Positions 47,146-57,163 of a stretch of DNA of 64,000 nucleotides are shown here, piece by piece. This stretch comes from an uncultured Solirubrobacterales bacterium (GTDB taxonomy: Bacteria; Actinomycetota; Thermoleophilia; Solirubrobacterales; 70-9): contig CAWFIM010000003.1 in the NCBI GenBank assembly GCA_963815885.1, positions 196,234 to 260,233 on the forward strand, read 5' to 3'. The notes beneath the pieces are model-generated. The model had not been told where the DNA came from and searched no databases. It worked only from the letters and a program-made list of their open reading frames with translations. The stretch's first letter is position 1, and every line of letters begins with the position of its first letter. A program made the position numbers and the translations under genes.

Positions 47146-49170
47146 ATGCTGCTGGGCGTCGACGTGGGCGGGACCTTCACCGACGCGGTCCTCCTCGACC
47201 GCGGGGCCGTCCACACCGCCAAGGTTCCGAGCACCCCCGGCGATGAGTCGCGGGCGGTGATGGGCGCCGTGAACGAGGTCCTGCGGAGAGCGGGCGCAGA
47301 CGCCTCCGCGGTGACCGCCTTCGCGCACGGGATGACGGTCGGGACCAACGCCCTGCTGGAGGAACGCGGCGCTCGCACCGCCCTGATCGCCACCCGCGGC
47401 TTCGCCGACCTGCTCGAGATCGGCCGCCAGGACCGCCCCCACCTCTACCGCCTCTGCAGCCCCAAGCCCGCTCCCCTGATCCCGCCGGAGCTGCGGTTCG
47501 AGGCCGACGAGCGGATCGGCCCGGAGGGCGTCGTGACGCCGCTGGGCGAGGACGAGGGCGAGCGACTGGCGGCGCTGCTGGCCGAGCATGAGGTCGAGTC
47601 GGTCGCGATCTGCCTGCTGTTCTCCTACCTCGACCCGGAGCACGAGCAGCGGCTCGCGGCGCACCTGCGGGAGCGGCTCCCCGATGTCCACATCTCCGCC
47701 TCGCACGAGGTGCTGCCGCGCTTCCGCGAGTACGAGCGCTGCTCGACCACCGCGATCGACGCCTACCTGAGCCCGCTGCTGGGCGACTACCTGGGCCGCC
47801 TCGCCGACGCCGCCGCGGAGACAGGGGTCCCGTCGCCGCTGGTGATGCGTTCCTCCGGCGGCGTCGCCCCGGCAGCCGAGGCCGCCACGGCGGGCGCCTG
47901 GAGCGTCCTCTCCGGCCCCGCCGGGGGAGCCGTCGGGGCCGCCCTATTGGCCGCCGCCAGCGGCGATGGCAACGCCCTCGGCTTCGACATGGGCGGCACC
48001 TCGTGCGACGTCTGCGTGGTCGCGGAGGGGGAGGTCGGCCGCACCGATTCGCGGCGGATCGGCGGGCGCCCGATCCAACTGCCGATGGTCGACGTCCACA
48101 CCGTCGGCGCCGGCGGCGGCTCGATCGGCTGGCGCGACGCCGGCGGCGCCCTGCGGGTGGGGGCCCGATCGGCCGGCGCCGAGCCCGGCCCCGCCTGCTA
48201 CGGCCGCGGCGGCAGCGAGCCGACCGTCACCGACGCCAACCTGCTGTTGGGTCACCTGGCCGCGGACTCCCGCCTCGCCGGCGGCGTCGAGCTCGACGCC
48301 GACGCCGCCCGGGCGGCGGTCGGCGCCCTGGCCCGTTCGCTCGACCTCGATCCGCTCGAGACGGCGGCCGGCATCCTCCGCGTCGCCAACCAGGAGATGG
48401 TGCGGGCGCTGCGGGTGGTGACGGTCGAGCGTGGCATCGACCCGCGCGGCTTCGCGCTGCTGCCCTTCGGCGGCGCCGGGCCGATGCACGCCGCGGCGAT
48501 CGCGGCCGAGCTGGGGATCGAGACGATCCTCTGCCCGCGGGCCGGCGGCGTCCTCTCCGCGCTCGGCCTCTGCGCCTCGGAGCGGCGGCGCGACACGGCG
48601 CGGACGGTGATGTTGAGCGGAGACGCGCTCAGCGCCAATGGCATCGCCGCCGCCGTTGGCGAGCTGATCGCGACCATCGACACCGACCTCGAGCGGGCGC
48701 GTCCGCAGGTGGTCTACGAGATGCGCTACGCCGGCCAGGCCTTCGAGCTCTCGGTGCCGGGCCCGATCGACCCCGACCCGGCCGAGCTGATCGAGAGCTT
48801 CGAGCGCCGCCACGAGGAGCGCTACGGCCACCGCGACCCCGACGGCGAGGTGGTCCTGGTCGACATCCGCCTGGCCCTGGTCGTCCCGGGCTCCGAGCCG
48901 CGGCTTCTCGCCGCCGCGGAGGGCGAGCTGGCGGAAGGTCGCCGGCCGGTGTTGTTCGAGGGCGCCTGGGTCGAAACCCCGATCCTGCGCGGCGAGCCGG
49001 CGGCCGGCACCGAGGCCGCCGGGCCGGTCATCTTCGAGCTGCCCGAGTCGACGCTCGTGCTGCCGCCCGGGTGGGCGGCCGAGGTCGACGGCGCCGGCAC
49101 GATCGTTGCCCGGTTCCAAGCGGACGCGGGGGGTAACAAAGGAACCACGGAACCAGGGGTGGAGCGATGA
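47146..49170 (+). CDS. hyuA: Hydantoinase/oxoprolinase A subunit
   Basis: MLLGVDVGGTFTDAV N-terminus. 674 aa. Confidence 0.9.
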   Translation: MLLGVDVGGTFTDAVLLDRGAVHTAKVPSTPGDESRAVMGAVNEVLRRAGADASAVTAFAHGMTVGTNALLEERGARTALIATRGFADLLEIGRQDRPHLYRLCSPKPAPLIPPELRFEADERIGPEGVVTPLGEDEGERLAALLAEHEVESVAICLLFSYLDPEHEQRLAAHLRERLPDVHISASHEVLPRFREYERCSTTAIDAYLSPLLGDYLGRLADAAAETGVPSPLVMRSSGGVAPAAEAATAGAWSVLSGPAGGAVGAALLAAASGDGNALGFDMGGTSCDVCVVAEGEVGRTDSRRIGGRPIQLPMVDVHTVGAGGGSIGWRDAGGALRVGARSAGAEPGPACYGRGGSEPTVTDANLLLGHLAADSRLAGGVELDADAARAAVGALARSLDLDPLETAAGILRVANQEMVRALRVVTVERGIDPRGFALLPFGGAGPMHAAAIAAELGIETILCPRAGGVLSALGLCASERRRDTARTVMLSGDALSANGIAAAVGELIATIDTDLERARPQVVYEMRYAGQAFELSVPGPIDPDPAELIESFERRHEERYGHRDPDGEVVLVDIRLALVVPGSEPRLLAAAEGELAEGRRPVLFEGAWVETPILRGEPAAGTEAAGPVIFELPESTLVLPPGWAAEVDGAGTIVARFQADAGGNKGTTEPGVER

Positions 49171-50672
49171 ACGAGCTCGACCCCATCTCCCTCCAGGTCC
49201 TGATCGGCGGCCTTCGCGCCGCCTGCGACGAGATGGGCGCGGCGCTGATCCGCTCCGCCTACTCGGCCAACATCAAGGAGCGCCACGACTGCTCCACCGC
49301 CCTCTTCGATGACAAGGGCGAGCTGGTGATGCAGGCCGAGCACATCCCCGTGCATCTCGGCTCGATGCCGGACGCGGTCGCCGCCGTGCTCGACGAGGAG
49401 CAGCGCCCGGGCTCGACCTGGGTCCTCAACGATCCCTACCGCGGCGGCACCCACCTTCCTGACGTAACCCTGATCTCGCCGGTCTTCGCCGCGGACGGAC
49501 TGCTCGGCTTTGCCGCGAGCCGAGCCCACCACGCCGACATCGGCGGGCCGACGCCGGGCGGGATGCCGGCGTTCTCGCGGACGCTCGGGGAAGAGGGCGT
49601 GGTGATCCCGCCGACGCGGGTCGACGAGGCCGAGCTGCGGCGACTCGCCGCGCAGATGCGCGCGCCGCGCCAGCGCCTCGCCGACTTCCGCGCCCAGCAG
49701 GCCGCCAACCGTGTCGGCGAGACCCGCCTGCTCGAGCTCGCCGCCCGCCTCGGCGACGGCGCACTGCGGGCCGGGATGGCGGCGATCCTCGCCTACGCCG
49801 AGCGTCGCACCCGCGTCGCGCTCGCCGCGCTTCCCGACGGCACCTACGAGGCCTCCGACGTGCTCGAGGACGACCGCGAGGGCGCCGAGCGCGACGCGGT
49901 GCTGCGGCTGGCGGCGACGATCGAGGGCGATCGCCTACGACTCGACTTCAGCGACAGCGACCCCCAGGTGGACGGCAACCTCAACTGCCCGCTCTCGGTG
50001 ACCAAATCGGCTGCGTTCTTCGCCGTACGCGTGCTGACCGACCCCGAGGCGCCGCCCTGCGCCGGGGCTCATCGCCCGATCGAGGTCGTCGCACCCGCCG
50101 GCTGCCTGCTCAACGCCCGCTTCCCGGCCGCGGTCGCCGCCGGCAACGTCGAGACCTCGAGCCGCGTCGCCGACCTGGTGATCGCCGCGCTCGGCGGCGC
50201 CCGCCCGGTGCCCGCCCAGGGCCAGGGGACGATGAACAACCTGACCCTGGCCAACGACGACTTCACCTACTACGAGACGCTCGGCGGCGGCCAGGGCGCC
50301 TGCCCCGACGCCGACGGACCGAGCGCGATCCAGGTGGCGATGTCGAACACGCTCAACACCCCGATCGAGGCCCTGGAGACCGAGTTCCCGCTGCGCGTCC
50401 GCGAGCTCTCGGTCCGCCGGGGCAGCGGTGGCGGCGGCGGCCAGCGCGGCGGCGACGGGTTGGTGCGGGAGATCGAAGCGCTGGCGCCGATGCGCTTCAC
50501 GGCGATCGGCGAGCGCCGGCGGCACCCGCCGCGCGGTCGCAAGGGGGGCGGAGACGGGGCAACAGGCCGCAACCTGCTCAACGGCGAGGCGATCCCCGGC
50601 AAGGCCGAGGGCGAGCTTGCGGCCGGCGATCGCCTCAAATTCGAGACTCCGGGCGGCGGAGGCACGGATTAA
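49167..50672 (+). CDS. hyuB: Hydantoinase B/oxoprolinase subunit
   Basis: LNDPYRGGTHLPD motif. It overlaps hyuA by 4 nt. Confidence 0.9.
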   Translation: MNELDPISLQVLIGGLRAACDEMGAALIRSAYSANIKERHDCSTALFDDKGELVMQAEHIPVHLGSMPDAVAAVLDEEQRPGSTWVLNDPYRGGTHLPDVTLISPVFAADGLLGFAASRAHHADIGGPTPGGMPAFSRTLGEEGVVIPPTRVDEAELRRLAAQMRAPRQRLADFRAQQAANRVGETRLLELAARLGDGALRAGMAAILAYAERRTRVALAALPDGTYEASDVLEDDREGAERDAVLRLAATIEGDRLRLDFSDSDPQVDGNLNCPLSVTKSAAFFAVRVLTDPEAPPCAGAHRPIEVVAPAGCLLNARFPAAVAAGNVETSSRVADLVIAALGGARPVPAQGQGTMNNLTLANDDFTYYETLGGGQGACPDADGPSAIQVAMSNTLNTPIEALETEFPLRVRELSVRRGSGGGGGQRGGDGLVREIEALAPMRFTAIGERRRHPPRGRKGGGDGATGRNLLNGEAIPGKAEGELAAGDRLKFETPGGGGTD

Positions 50673-50804
50673 GCGTTTTTAATTTTGCGATTTCGCCCTG
50701 CTCGTCTAGAATTCGCGACCGCTGGCAGGCAGAGCGGCCTTCGCCGCGAGCCCCGAGGCGCGAGCAAATCCCCCCGATTCACCACTCGCAGGTACCGATT
50801 TCAC

Positions 50805-51434
50805 ATGCCGATCGCTTTCAAGGAATGGGCAGTAACCGTCCGCGCTCTCGCCGAGGGCGAGCAGCTGCTGACCCTGCGCAAGGGAGGCATCCGCGAGGAG
50901 AACAAGCACTTCGAACTCGAGCACGAGCGCTTCTTCCTCTACCCCACCTTCGACCATCAGCGCAACGACCTGGTGCGGGAATCGCATCACCCCGAGCTGA
51001 GCCGCGCGCTCGAGGAGGGCGTCTGGCCCGACGAGGAGCCGCCGCCGAAAGCGCTGCTCCAGGACGGCGGCATTCCGCAGCCGGACCGGGTCCGGCTGCG
51101 CGCCTGGGCGGAGGTCACCGATCACGTCACGATCAACGATCGCCGCACCCTCGACAGCCTCTCGCCGTATTACATCTGGACCCCGGACTACGCCGAGAAG
51201 CGGCTCGCCTGGAAGCGGCGCCACCCGCTTCACATCCTGCTGCTGCGGGTCCACCGCATCCCCCGCCCGGTCACCGTGCGGGTCCGCGACGAGTACCACG
51301 GCTGCCGCTCCTGGGTCGAGATCGACCGCGACCTGCCCTTCGAGGGCACCCCGGTGATGGCCGACGAAGAGTTCGACCGCGCCCGCCAGGAGATCCACGA
51401 GGTCTGCGGCTCCGCCGAGCCCGCGCTCGTCTGA
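50805..51434 (+). CDS. DUF1802-like conserved hypothetical protein
   Basis: MPIAFKEWAVTVRALAEGEQLLTLRKGGIRE...FFLYPTFDHQ pattern. I chose the internal ATG. Confidence 0.5.
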   Translation: MPIAFKEWAVTVRALAEGEQLLTLRKGGIREENKHFELEHERFFLYPTFDHQRNDLVRESHHPELSRALEEGVWPDEEPPPKALLQDGGIPQPDRVRLRAWAEVTDHVTINDRRTLDSLSPYYIWTPDYAEKRLAWKRRHPLHILLLRVHRIPRPVTVRVRDEYHGCRSWVEIDRDLPFEGTPVMADEEFDRARQEIHEVCGSAEPALV

Positions 51435-51543
51435 GGTCGGCAGACCGGCGCATATCGACGTCCTCGGTCGCTCGCGTGCGGAGCACGCCACGCTCCCTGC
51501 GTCCTTGATCTGCTTGGTCTGACGACCTCAGTAGGCTCGAATC

Positions 51544-52302
51544 ATGAGCTGGGTGGAGACGGAGTCGCTGAGCTTTACCGCGCGGCACGATACGGGCGAC
51601 TCCGCCTACGCGGAGCGAACGCTGGACCGTATGGAGGACCTGCGATTGCGGCTCGAGGACCGCTTCGCGCGGGCGCCGGGCGACGTCACCGTGGTCATCC
51701 ACACCAACCCGGCCTGGCTGACCATGGCCCACCCCTTCCTCCCCGCCGCCAGGTGGTCCGCCGCCCCAGCGGGGCGCCGCTACCTCGCCGGCTGGGCGAT
51801 GGCGACCGAGCTTCACGTCCTCAACGACACGCACATGGAGCGCCGGGCCGCGGGGGAGGACTCCAGGGAGGCGCTGCGAGGAACGGCTGAGCGCCTCTAC
51901 GCCCAGCTTGTGGTCGCCGCCAACAACTCCGCCCTGCCTCCCTCCTGGACGCCGCGGCGGTTCGCCCGCTACCTACGCTGGGCCTGGTTGGTCGAGGGCG
52001 GCGCCCAGTACTTCGCCCGCCAGGTGAGCCTCTACCGCGCCGCGGTGATCCGGCGCCTGCGCGAGAGCGCCCGGCCCGCGTTCCCGCCCTCCCGCCGCGA
52101 CGCGGTCATCCTCGGCGGCACGATCTTCGACCTGCTCGAGGAGGAGCGCGGCCCCGAGGCCTGCGAGCGACTGGTCGATGGGCTCCTCCCCGGCGGGCCG
52201 GTGCCGACGCTCGAAGACGCCTTCGACGCCCGCTTCCGCGAGATCGAGGAAGCCTGGCGCGACCACCTGCGCAGCATGGCCCGCCCCAGCGGCGTCAGCT
52301 GA
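51544..52302 (+). CDS. Hypothetical protein
   Basis: 252-aa ORF with coding-like GC3 and no motif I recognise. Confidence 0.45.
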   Translation: MSWVETESLSFTARHDTGDSAYAERTLDRMEDLRLRLEDRFARAPGDVTVVIHTNPAWLTMAHPFLPAARWSAAPAGRRYLAGWAMATELHVLNDTHMERRAAGEDSREALRGTAERLYAQLVVAANNSALPPSWTPRRFARYLRWAWLVEGGAQYFARQVSLYRAAVIRRLRESARPAFPPSRRDAVILGGTIFDLLEEERGPEACERLVDGLLPGGPVPTLEDAFDARFREIEEAWRDHLRSMARPSGVS

Positions 52303-52308
52303 GCGCGC

Positions 52309-52713
52309 TCAGACGGAGCGCAGGAGCAAAAAGACCACGAAGACAAGGGCCAGAACCCCAAACGACCAGCCCCAAATCCGGGTGTAGGCGCCAATCAGTC
52401 CATAGCCGCGCGGCTTGCGGCCACAGCCTTCTTCGAGGTAGCCGGCGTTGACGGGCTCCGGCAAGGTTTCTTCGTCCTCGACCAGCGTCTCGGCCAGCAG
52501 GGCGCGGGCTTTCTCGGAGCAGTCGGCGCGGACCAGAACCCGCCGCGAGCCGCCGCCTGGGTTCAGCCAGCCGATACCGACCTGGGGGCCGTTCACGCTC
52601 AGCGGCTGCACGAGGCTGGGGATGCCAGCGCCCTTGAGCAGTCCCTGGACCATCTCCGCTTCGACCTGGTCATTGGCGAAGGCGACCGCGACCAGCTCAT
52701 CACCGCCCGACAT
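52309..52713 (-). CDS. DUF2007-like domain protein with C-terminal TM anchor
   Basis: LVAVAFANDQVEAEMVQGLLKGAGIPSLV plus a C-terminal GWSFGVLALVFVVFLLL. Confidence 0.5.
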   Translation of the reverse strand: MSGGDELVAVAFANDQVEAEMVQGLLKGAGIPSLVQPLSVNGPQVGIGWLNPGGGSRRVLVRADCSEKARALLAETLVEDEETLPEPVNAGYLEEGCGRKPRGYGLIGAYTRIWGWSFGVLALVFVVFLLLRSV

Positions 52714-53192
52714 CAGCTGAGCTGGTAGAGCACCCAGACCAGGATCACCGCGCCGAGGAAGGCCGCGCCGACCCAGAGCGCCAGGCGCGCGGGCGAGGTG
52801 ACGCCGGTTTCTCCGTGGGCGAGCTGCCGTTGCTCTTCCAGCTCGCGCCGCTCTTCGTCCTCGTCCTCGACCATCGTGTCGGCGAGGACGTCGCGAGCTT
52901 TCCTGGCGACGTCGGAGTGGACGTACACGTCGTGCGGACCGGCGGCGAGGAAATCGGGATTGTCGAAGCCGCCGCTGCGCTTCAGCACGCTGGGGATGCC
53001 CGCCTCCGACAGCAGTCCCTGCAGCATTTCGGCTTCGGCTTGGTTGCGAGCGAAGGCGACCTTGACGAGCTTGCCGCCGCCACCGCCGCCGCCTCCCCCG
53101 CCATCGCCGCCATGCGATCCGCCCCCGCCGCCGCCATGGGCGCCGCGCTGGTGGGCGCCGTGGGTGCGGCTATGCGACTTCGAGCTCGGCAT
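52713..53192 (-). CDS. DUF2007-like domain protein with His/Gly-rich N-tail and C-terminal TM anchor
   Basis: SKSHSRTHGAHQRGAHGGGGGGSHGGDGGGGGGGGGG, then LVKVAFARNQAEAEMLQGLLSEAGIPSVL and a C-terminal TM segment LALWVGAAFLGAVILVWVL. Confidence 0.5.
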   Translation of the reverse strand: MPSSKSHSRTHGAHQRGAHGGGGGGSHGGDGGGGGGGGGGKLVKVAFARNQAEAEMLQGLLSEAGIPSVLKRSGGFDNPDFLAAGPHDVYVHSDVARKARDVLADTMVEDEDEERRELEEQRQLAHGETGVTSPARLALWVGAAFLGAVILVWVLYQLS

Positions 53193-53568
53193 CGGCGATC
53201 TTCAGGTCGTGGAGCAGGTAGCCCTTGACGTCGGGGTTCTCGGCGTCCTGCAGGGAGACGATCACGTAGACCTGTTCGGGCCAGGCGACCGCCTGGTTGA
53301 CGTCGGTCTGGGAGGGATAGGCGGCGCTCTTGGTGTGCGAGTGGTAGATCCCGAGCAGCTCGCCGCCGCCGCCTTCGATCGATTTCAGCGCGTCGTACTG
53401 CTCCTGCGGGTCCATCTCGTAGCGCAGCGGGCTGGCGGCGGAGTTGGCGACCCGGATCACCTCGCTCGCCTCACCGTCGCGGCCGCCGATCATCCCGCAG
53501 CACTCGTTCGGCAGGTCCTCGCGCGCGTGCGCGACCATCTCATCGATCAGGCTCTGGGAAATGCGCAT
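53170..53568 (-). CDS. mec: JAMM/MPN+ metalloprotease (Mec-like)
   Basis: NECCG and HSHTKSAAYPSQTD (HxHx7Sx2D) motifs. Confidence 0.85.
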   Translation of the reverse strand: MRISQSLIDEMVAHAREDLPNECCGMIGGRDGEASEVIRVANSAASPLRYEMDPQEQYDALKSIEGGGGELLGIYHSHTKSAAYPSQTDVNQAVAWPEQVYVIVSLQDAENPDVKGYLLHDLKIADAELEVA

Positions 53569-53586
53569 CGTGGCGGCAACCGGCGC

Positions 53587-54552
53587 TTACCACCAAACGG
53601 TGGAATCGAGGTTTTCGATCTCCTCGATCGGTTTCGTGTAGACGCCGGAGGAGAGGTACTTCCAGCCGTCGTCGGGGATCAGGAAGACGACGTTGCCGCC
53701 GTCCAGCTCGCCGGCAATGCGGGTGGCGATCGCGGCGATTGCGCCGGAGGAGACGCCGGCGAAGATGCCTTCCTCCTCGAGCAGCCGCTTGGTCCAGACG
53801 ATCGCGTCGCGGTTGGAGACCATGATCTTGCGGTCGAGGATCGAGAGGTCGATGATCGGCGGGATGAAGCCGTCGTCGAGGCTGCGCAGCCCCTGGACTT
53901 CCTCGCCTTGCATCGGCTCGGAGGCGACGATCAGCGTCTCTGGGTTCGCCTCCTTGAGGCGGCGGCCGTTGCCCATCAGGGTGCCGCCGGTGCCGAGCCC
54001 GCCGACGAAGGCCGCGACCTCGTCGAGCTCATCGAGGATCTCGACTGCGGTGCCGTTGTAGTGGGCGAGCGGGTTGGCCTCGTTGCCGTACTGGTAGGGC
54101 ATGTAGTAGCTCGGATCGTCGGCCATCTCCAGCGCCACCTCGACCGCCCCGTTGGAACCCTTGGCGCCCTCGGAATAGACGATCTCTGCCCCGTACATGC
54201 GCAGCAGCTGGGTGCGCTCCTCGGTGACGTTGTCGGGCATCACCACCTTCAGCGGGTAGCCCTTGCGGCGGCAGATCATCGCCAGCGAGATGCCGGTGTT
54301 GCCGGAGGTCGGCTCGAGGATCGTCTGACCCGGTTCGATCGCCCCCTCGGCCTCGGCCGCCTCGATCATCGACTTCGCGACCCGGTCCTTGACCGACCCG
54401 GTCGGGTTGCGGCCCTCGAGCTTGGCGTAGATGCGCACCTCGGGCTTCGGCGAGAGCCGCGGCAGCTCGACCAGCGGCGTGTTGCCGATCGACTCGACGA
54501 TGTCGCCGAAGCGTCCCCCGCAGGGCCTGTTGAGCAGTTCGTCGCGGATCAT
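53587..54552 (-). CDS. cysM: Cysteine synthase, CysM-type (sulfur-carrier dependent)
   Basis: NPTGSVKDR PLP lysine and SGNTG motifs. It is adjacent to the JAMM protease gene. Confidence 0.85.
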   Translation of the reverse strand: MIRDELLNRPCGGRFGDIVESIGNTPLVELPRLSPKPEVRIYAKLEGRNPTGSVKDRVAKSMIEAAEAEGAIEPGQTILEPTSGNTGISLAMICRRKGYPLKVVMPDNVTEERTQLLRMYGAEIVYSEGAKGSNGAVEVALEMADDPSYYMPYQYGNEANPLAHYNGTAVEILDELDEVAAFVGGLGTGGTLMGNGRRLKEANPETLIVASEPMQGEEVQGLRSLDDGFIPPIIDLSILDRKIMVSNRDAIVWTKRLLEEEGIFAGVSSGAIAAIATRIAGELDGGNVVFLIPDDGWKYLSSGVYTKPIEEIENLDSTVWW

Positions 54553-54562
54553 CGCTCTCCCG

Positions 54563-54581
54563 TTACTTCAAAAAGTATAGC
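54563..54581. promoter_or_regulatory. Shared 19-bp AT-rich motif, copy 1 (upstream of cysM)
   Basis: TTACTTCAAAAAGTATAGC, identical to 58641-58659. It contains the inverted repeat TACTT-N4-AAGTA. Confidence 0.5.
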
Positions 54582-54705
54582 CACGGGGGCCCAGGCGATG
54601 TGGGTTGCGCCGGGCACCCGCCCGGGAGTAATTTGGCTGGGATCCGGGTAGTTACCCGCCGGGTACAGCCACCCCGTCAACACCCCGTCAACGGAGGAGC
54701 TCGCG

Positions 54706-55537
54706 ATGAAGAACCCCCGGCTTCGTGCCTTGCCAGCCCTCGCGGCCGTGCTCGCGCTGGGCGCCTTCGCGACCGGCTGCGGCGGTGGCAACGACGACGG
54801 CGCCGGCGGGCGGAGGCGGCGGGGGCGAAAAGCTCACGGTCGGCTCCGACGTCCCCTACCCGCCGTTCGAGGAATTCGGCAAGACGAAGTCCGAATTCAA
54901 GGGCTTCGACATCGAACTGGTGGAAGCGATTGCCCAGAAGATCGGGCGCACGCCCGAATTCAAGGACACGTCGTTCGACACGATCTTTCGCGATCTCGCG
55001 CAGGGCAAGTTCGACATGGTCGCCTCGGCGACGACGATCACCCCCGAACGCGAGGAAACCGTCGACTTCACCAACCCGTACTACCTGCCCTCGGCGCAGT
55101 CGATCGTCGTCAAAAAGGGGAACTCCGACCTGAAAACGGGCAAAGACCTCAAGGGTCTCGTCGTCGGAGTGCAGCAGGGGACCACCGGCGAGGAATACGC
55201 CGAAGAAGAAATCGACACCAAGGAACTGCGGACCTACCCCCAGGGCCCCGACACGATCCCGGCCCTGAAGGCGGGGACGATCGATGCGGTCGTGATCGAT
55301 CGCCCGGTTGCCGAAAACATCATCGCGGCCGACAGCGATCTCGAAATCTCGGGCGGGATCGAAACGGAAGAACAGTACGGATTCGTCGTCCAGCAGGGCG
55401 ATGAAGGGCTGCTCGACGAACTCAACGAAGCCCTGAAGGAAGTCATCGACTCGGGGGAATACGAGACGATCTACAGGAAGTGGTTCCACAAGCCGGTCCC
55501 GCCGGGGATCGGCACCACTACCCACGAAGCGGAATGA
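54706..55537 (+). pseudogene. Polar amino acid ABC transporter substrate-binding lipoprotein, +1 frameshift
   Basis: The lipoprotein signal MKNPRLRALPALAAVLALGAFATGCGGGNDDG is in the frame of ORF 54706, and the mature domain GGGGGEKLTVGSDVPYPPFEE... is in the frame of ORF 54725. The span is 832 nt (3n+1), with the shift in a G-rich stretch at about 54800-54825. Confidence 0.8.
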
Positions 55538-55571
55538 CCCGGGCCTGACCGGCCCGAAGACATTGGCGTGG

Positions 55572-55602
55572 GAAAAGGGGCCGGCTCGCCGGCACCCTTT
55601 TC
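55572..55602 (+). terminator. Intra-operon hairpin between binding-protein and permease genes
   Basis: gaaaaggggccggc-tc-gccggcacccttttc forms a GC-rich stem with one bulge. The downstream U-tract is weak. Confidence 0.35.
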
Positions 55603-55644
55603 AATGAAAGCGGGTAGAGGCGGGTCCGACGCCAGGAGGACGCG

Positions 55645-56391
55645 ATGAACGAGATCATCGAACAGTACTTCGACCTCTCGCAGATGTCGAAACACTTCGA
55701 CGAGGTCTTGAACGGGTTCGTGATCACCCTCGAACTCGCGCTCCTCGCGACCGTGCTGGCGCTGATCTGGGGGCTCCTCCTTGCCCTGCTCCGCCAGCTT
55801 CCGGGCAGGGGATTCCTCCCGGTGCGGTTTCTCACGATCGGCTACATCGACGTCTTCCGCGGCGTTCCCCTACTGATCTTGATTCTGCTGATCTCCGGCA
55901 GCCTCGCCTTCCTGCCGCTGCCGGAGGCGCTCACCATCCCCCACTGGCTGGGCAAACCGGACAACTTCTGGTACGGGATCATGGCCTTGGTGCTGGTCTA
56001 CGGCGCCTACTACGCGGAGGTGTACAGGGCCGGGATCGAAGCGGTTCCGAGCGGCCAGATGGAGGCGGCCCGGTCGCTCGGGATGAGCCACGGCCAGGCG
56101 ATGCGCAGCGTGGTGGTCCCGCAGGCGGTTCGCAAGGTGCTCGCGCCGATGCTGAACGAATTCACGGCGCTGCTGAAGGACACGACGCTGGTCAGCGTGA
56201 TCGCCCTGAACGAGGTGGCGCTGGTCGGCCGGGATATCCAGTCCAAGACCTTCAACAGCTCGGCGCTGACCCTCGGCGCAATCCTGTTCCTGATCATCGT
56301 CCTGCCCCTGGCCCGGCTGGTCGACAGGCTGATCGCGCGCGAACGGGCGCGGACCTCCCGCGGCGGGACGCCCCAGGTCATGCACCACTAG
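55645..56391 (+). CDS. Amino acid ABC transporter permease
   Basis: Polytopic protein with an EAA-like loop ([22 protein letters not shown]). Confidence 0.85.
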   Translation: MNEIIEQYFDLSQMSKHFDEVLNGFVITLELALLATVLALIWGLLLALLRQLPGRGFLPVRFLTIGYIDVFRGVPLLILILLISGSLAFLPLPEALTIPHWLGKPDNFWYGIMALVLVYGAYYAEVYRAGIEAVPSGQMEAARSLGMSHGQAMRSVVVPQAVRKVLAPMLNEFTALLKDTTLVSVIALNEVALVGRDIQSKTFNSSALTLGAILFLIIVLPLARLVDRLIARERARTSRGGTPQVMHH

Positions 56392-56398
56392 GCGCCAG

Positions 56399-57163
56399 AT
56401 GGCGGAGCCGATGCTGAGATTGGAGGGGGTCCGCAAGCGCTTCGGTGAGCTCGAGGTGCTGCGCGGGATCGACCTGGAGATCGCCAAAGGGGAAGTCGTC
56501 TGCGTGCTCGGTCCGAGTGGCTCCGGCAAGAGCACCCTGCTGCGCTGCGTCAACCTGCTCGAGCCTCCCGAGGACGGCCAGATCTTCCTCGAGGGCCGGG
56601 ACATCTGCAGGGGACCGAAGTCGGGCACCGGCGAGGAAAGCTGGGAGCTCGACTTCGTCCGCCAGCGGGTCGGGATCGTCTTCCAGCAGTTCAACCTCTT
56701 CCCGCACAAGACGGCGCTGCAAAACGTGTCGATGGCGCCCGAAAAGGTTCTCGGCCGCTCCAAGGCGGAGGCTCAGGCCAGGGGCACCGATCTGTTGACG
56801 CGGGTCGGCCTCGCCGACAAGCTGAACGAATACCCGGAACGGCTGTCGGGCGGCCAGCAGCAACGGGTGGCGATCGCCCGGGCGCTGGCGATGGACCCGC
56901 ACGTGATGCTGTTCGACGAGGTGACCAGCGCGCTCGATCCCGAGCTGGTCAAGGAGGTGCTCGACGTGCTGCGCGAGCTGGCGGCGGAGGGGATGACGAT
57001 GATCGTGGTCACCCACGAGATCGGCTTCGCCCACGAGGTCTGCGACCAGGTCGTGTTCATGGACGACGGCGTGATCGTCGAGCGGGGCGAGCCGGCTGAC
57101 GTGCTCGACAACCCGCGCGAGGAGCGAACGCGGAAATTCCTGGGATTGGTGCTGGGCGCCTAA
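56399..57163 (+). CDS. Amino acid ABC transporter ATP-binding protein
   Basis: Walker A (GPSGSGKST), signature (LSGGQQQR) and Walker B (VMLFDE). Confidence 0.9.
   Translation: MAEPMLRLEGVRKRFGELEVLRGIDLEIAKGEVVCVLGPSGSGKSTLLRCVNLLEPPEDGQIFLEGRDICRGPKSGTGEESWELDFVRQRVGIVFQQFNLFPHKTALQNVSMAPEKVLGRSKAEAQARGTDLLTRVGLADKLNEYPERLSGGQQQRVAIARALAMDPHVMLFDEVTSALDPELVKEVLDVLRELAAEGMTMIVVTHEIGFAHEVCDQVVFMDDGVIVERGEPADVLDNPREERTRKFLGLVLGA

Noticed and set aside
52798-54651. 617-aa plus-strand ORF
   Set aside because: It is antisense to cysM, mec and the DUF2007-like gene. It is a shadow ORF.
54671-54692. Tandem repeats here and at 62374-62410 as a possible CRISPR array
   Set aside because: There are only two copies of 11-16 bp, with no spacers of CRISPR size and no cas genes. 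They are better explained as operator-type repeats.
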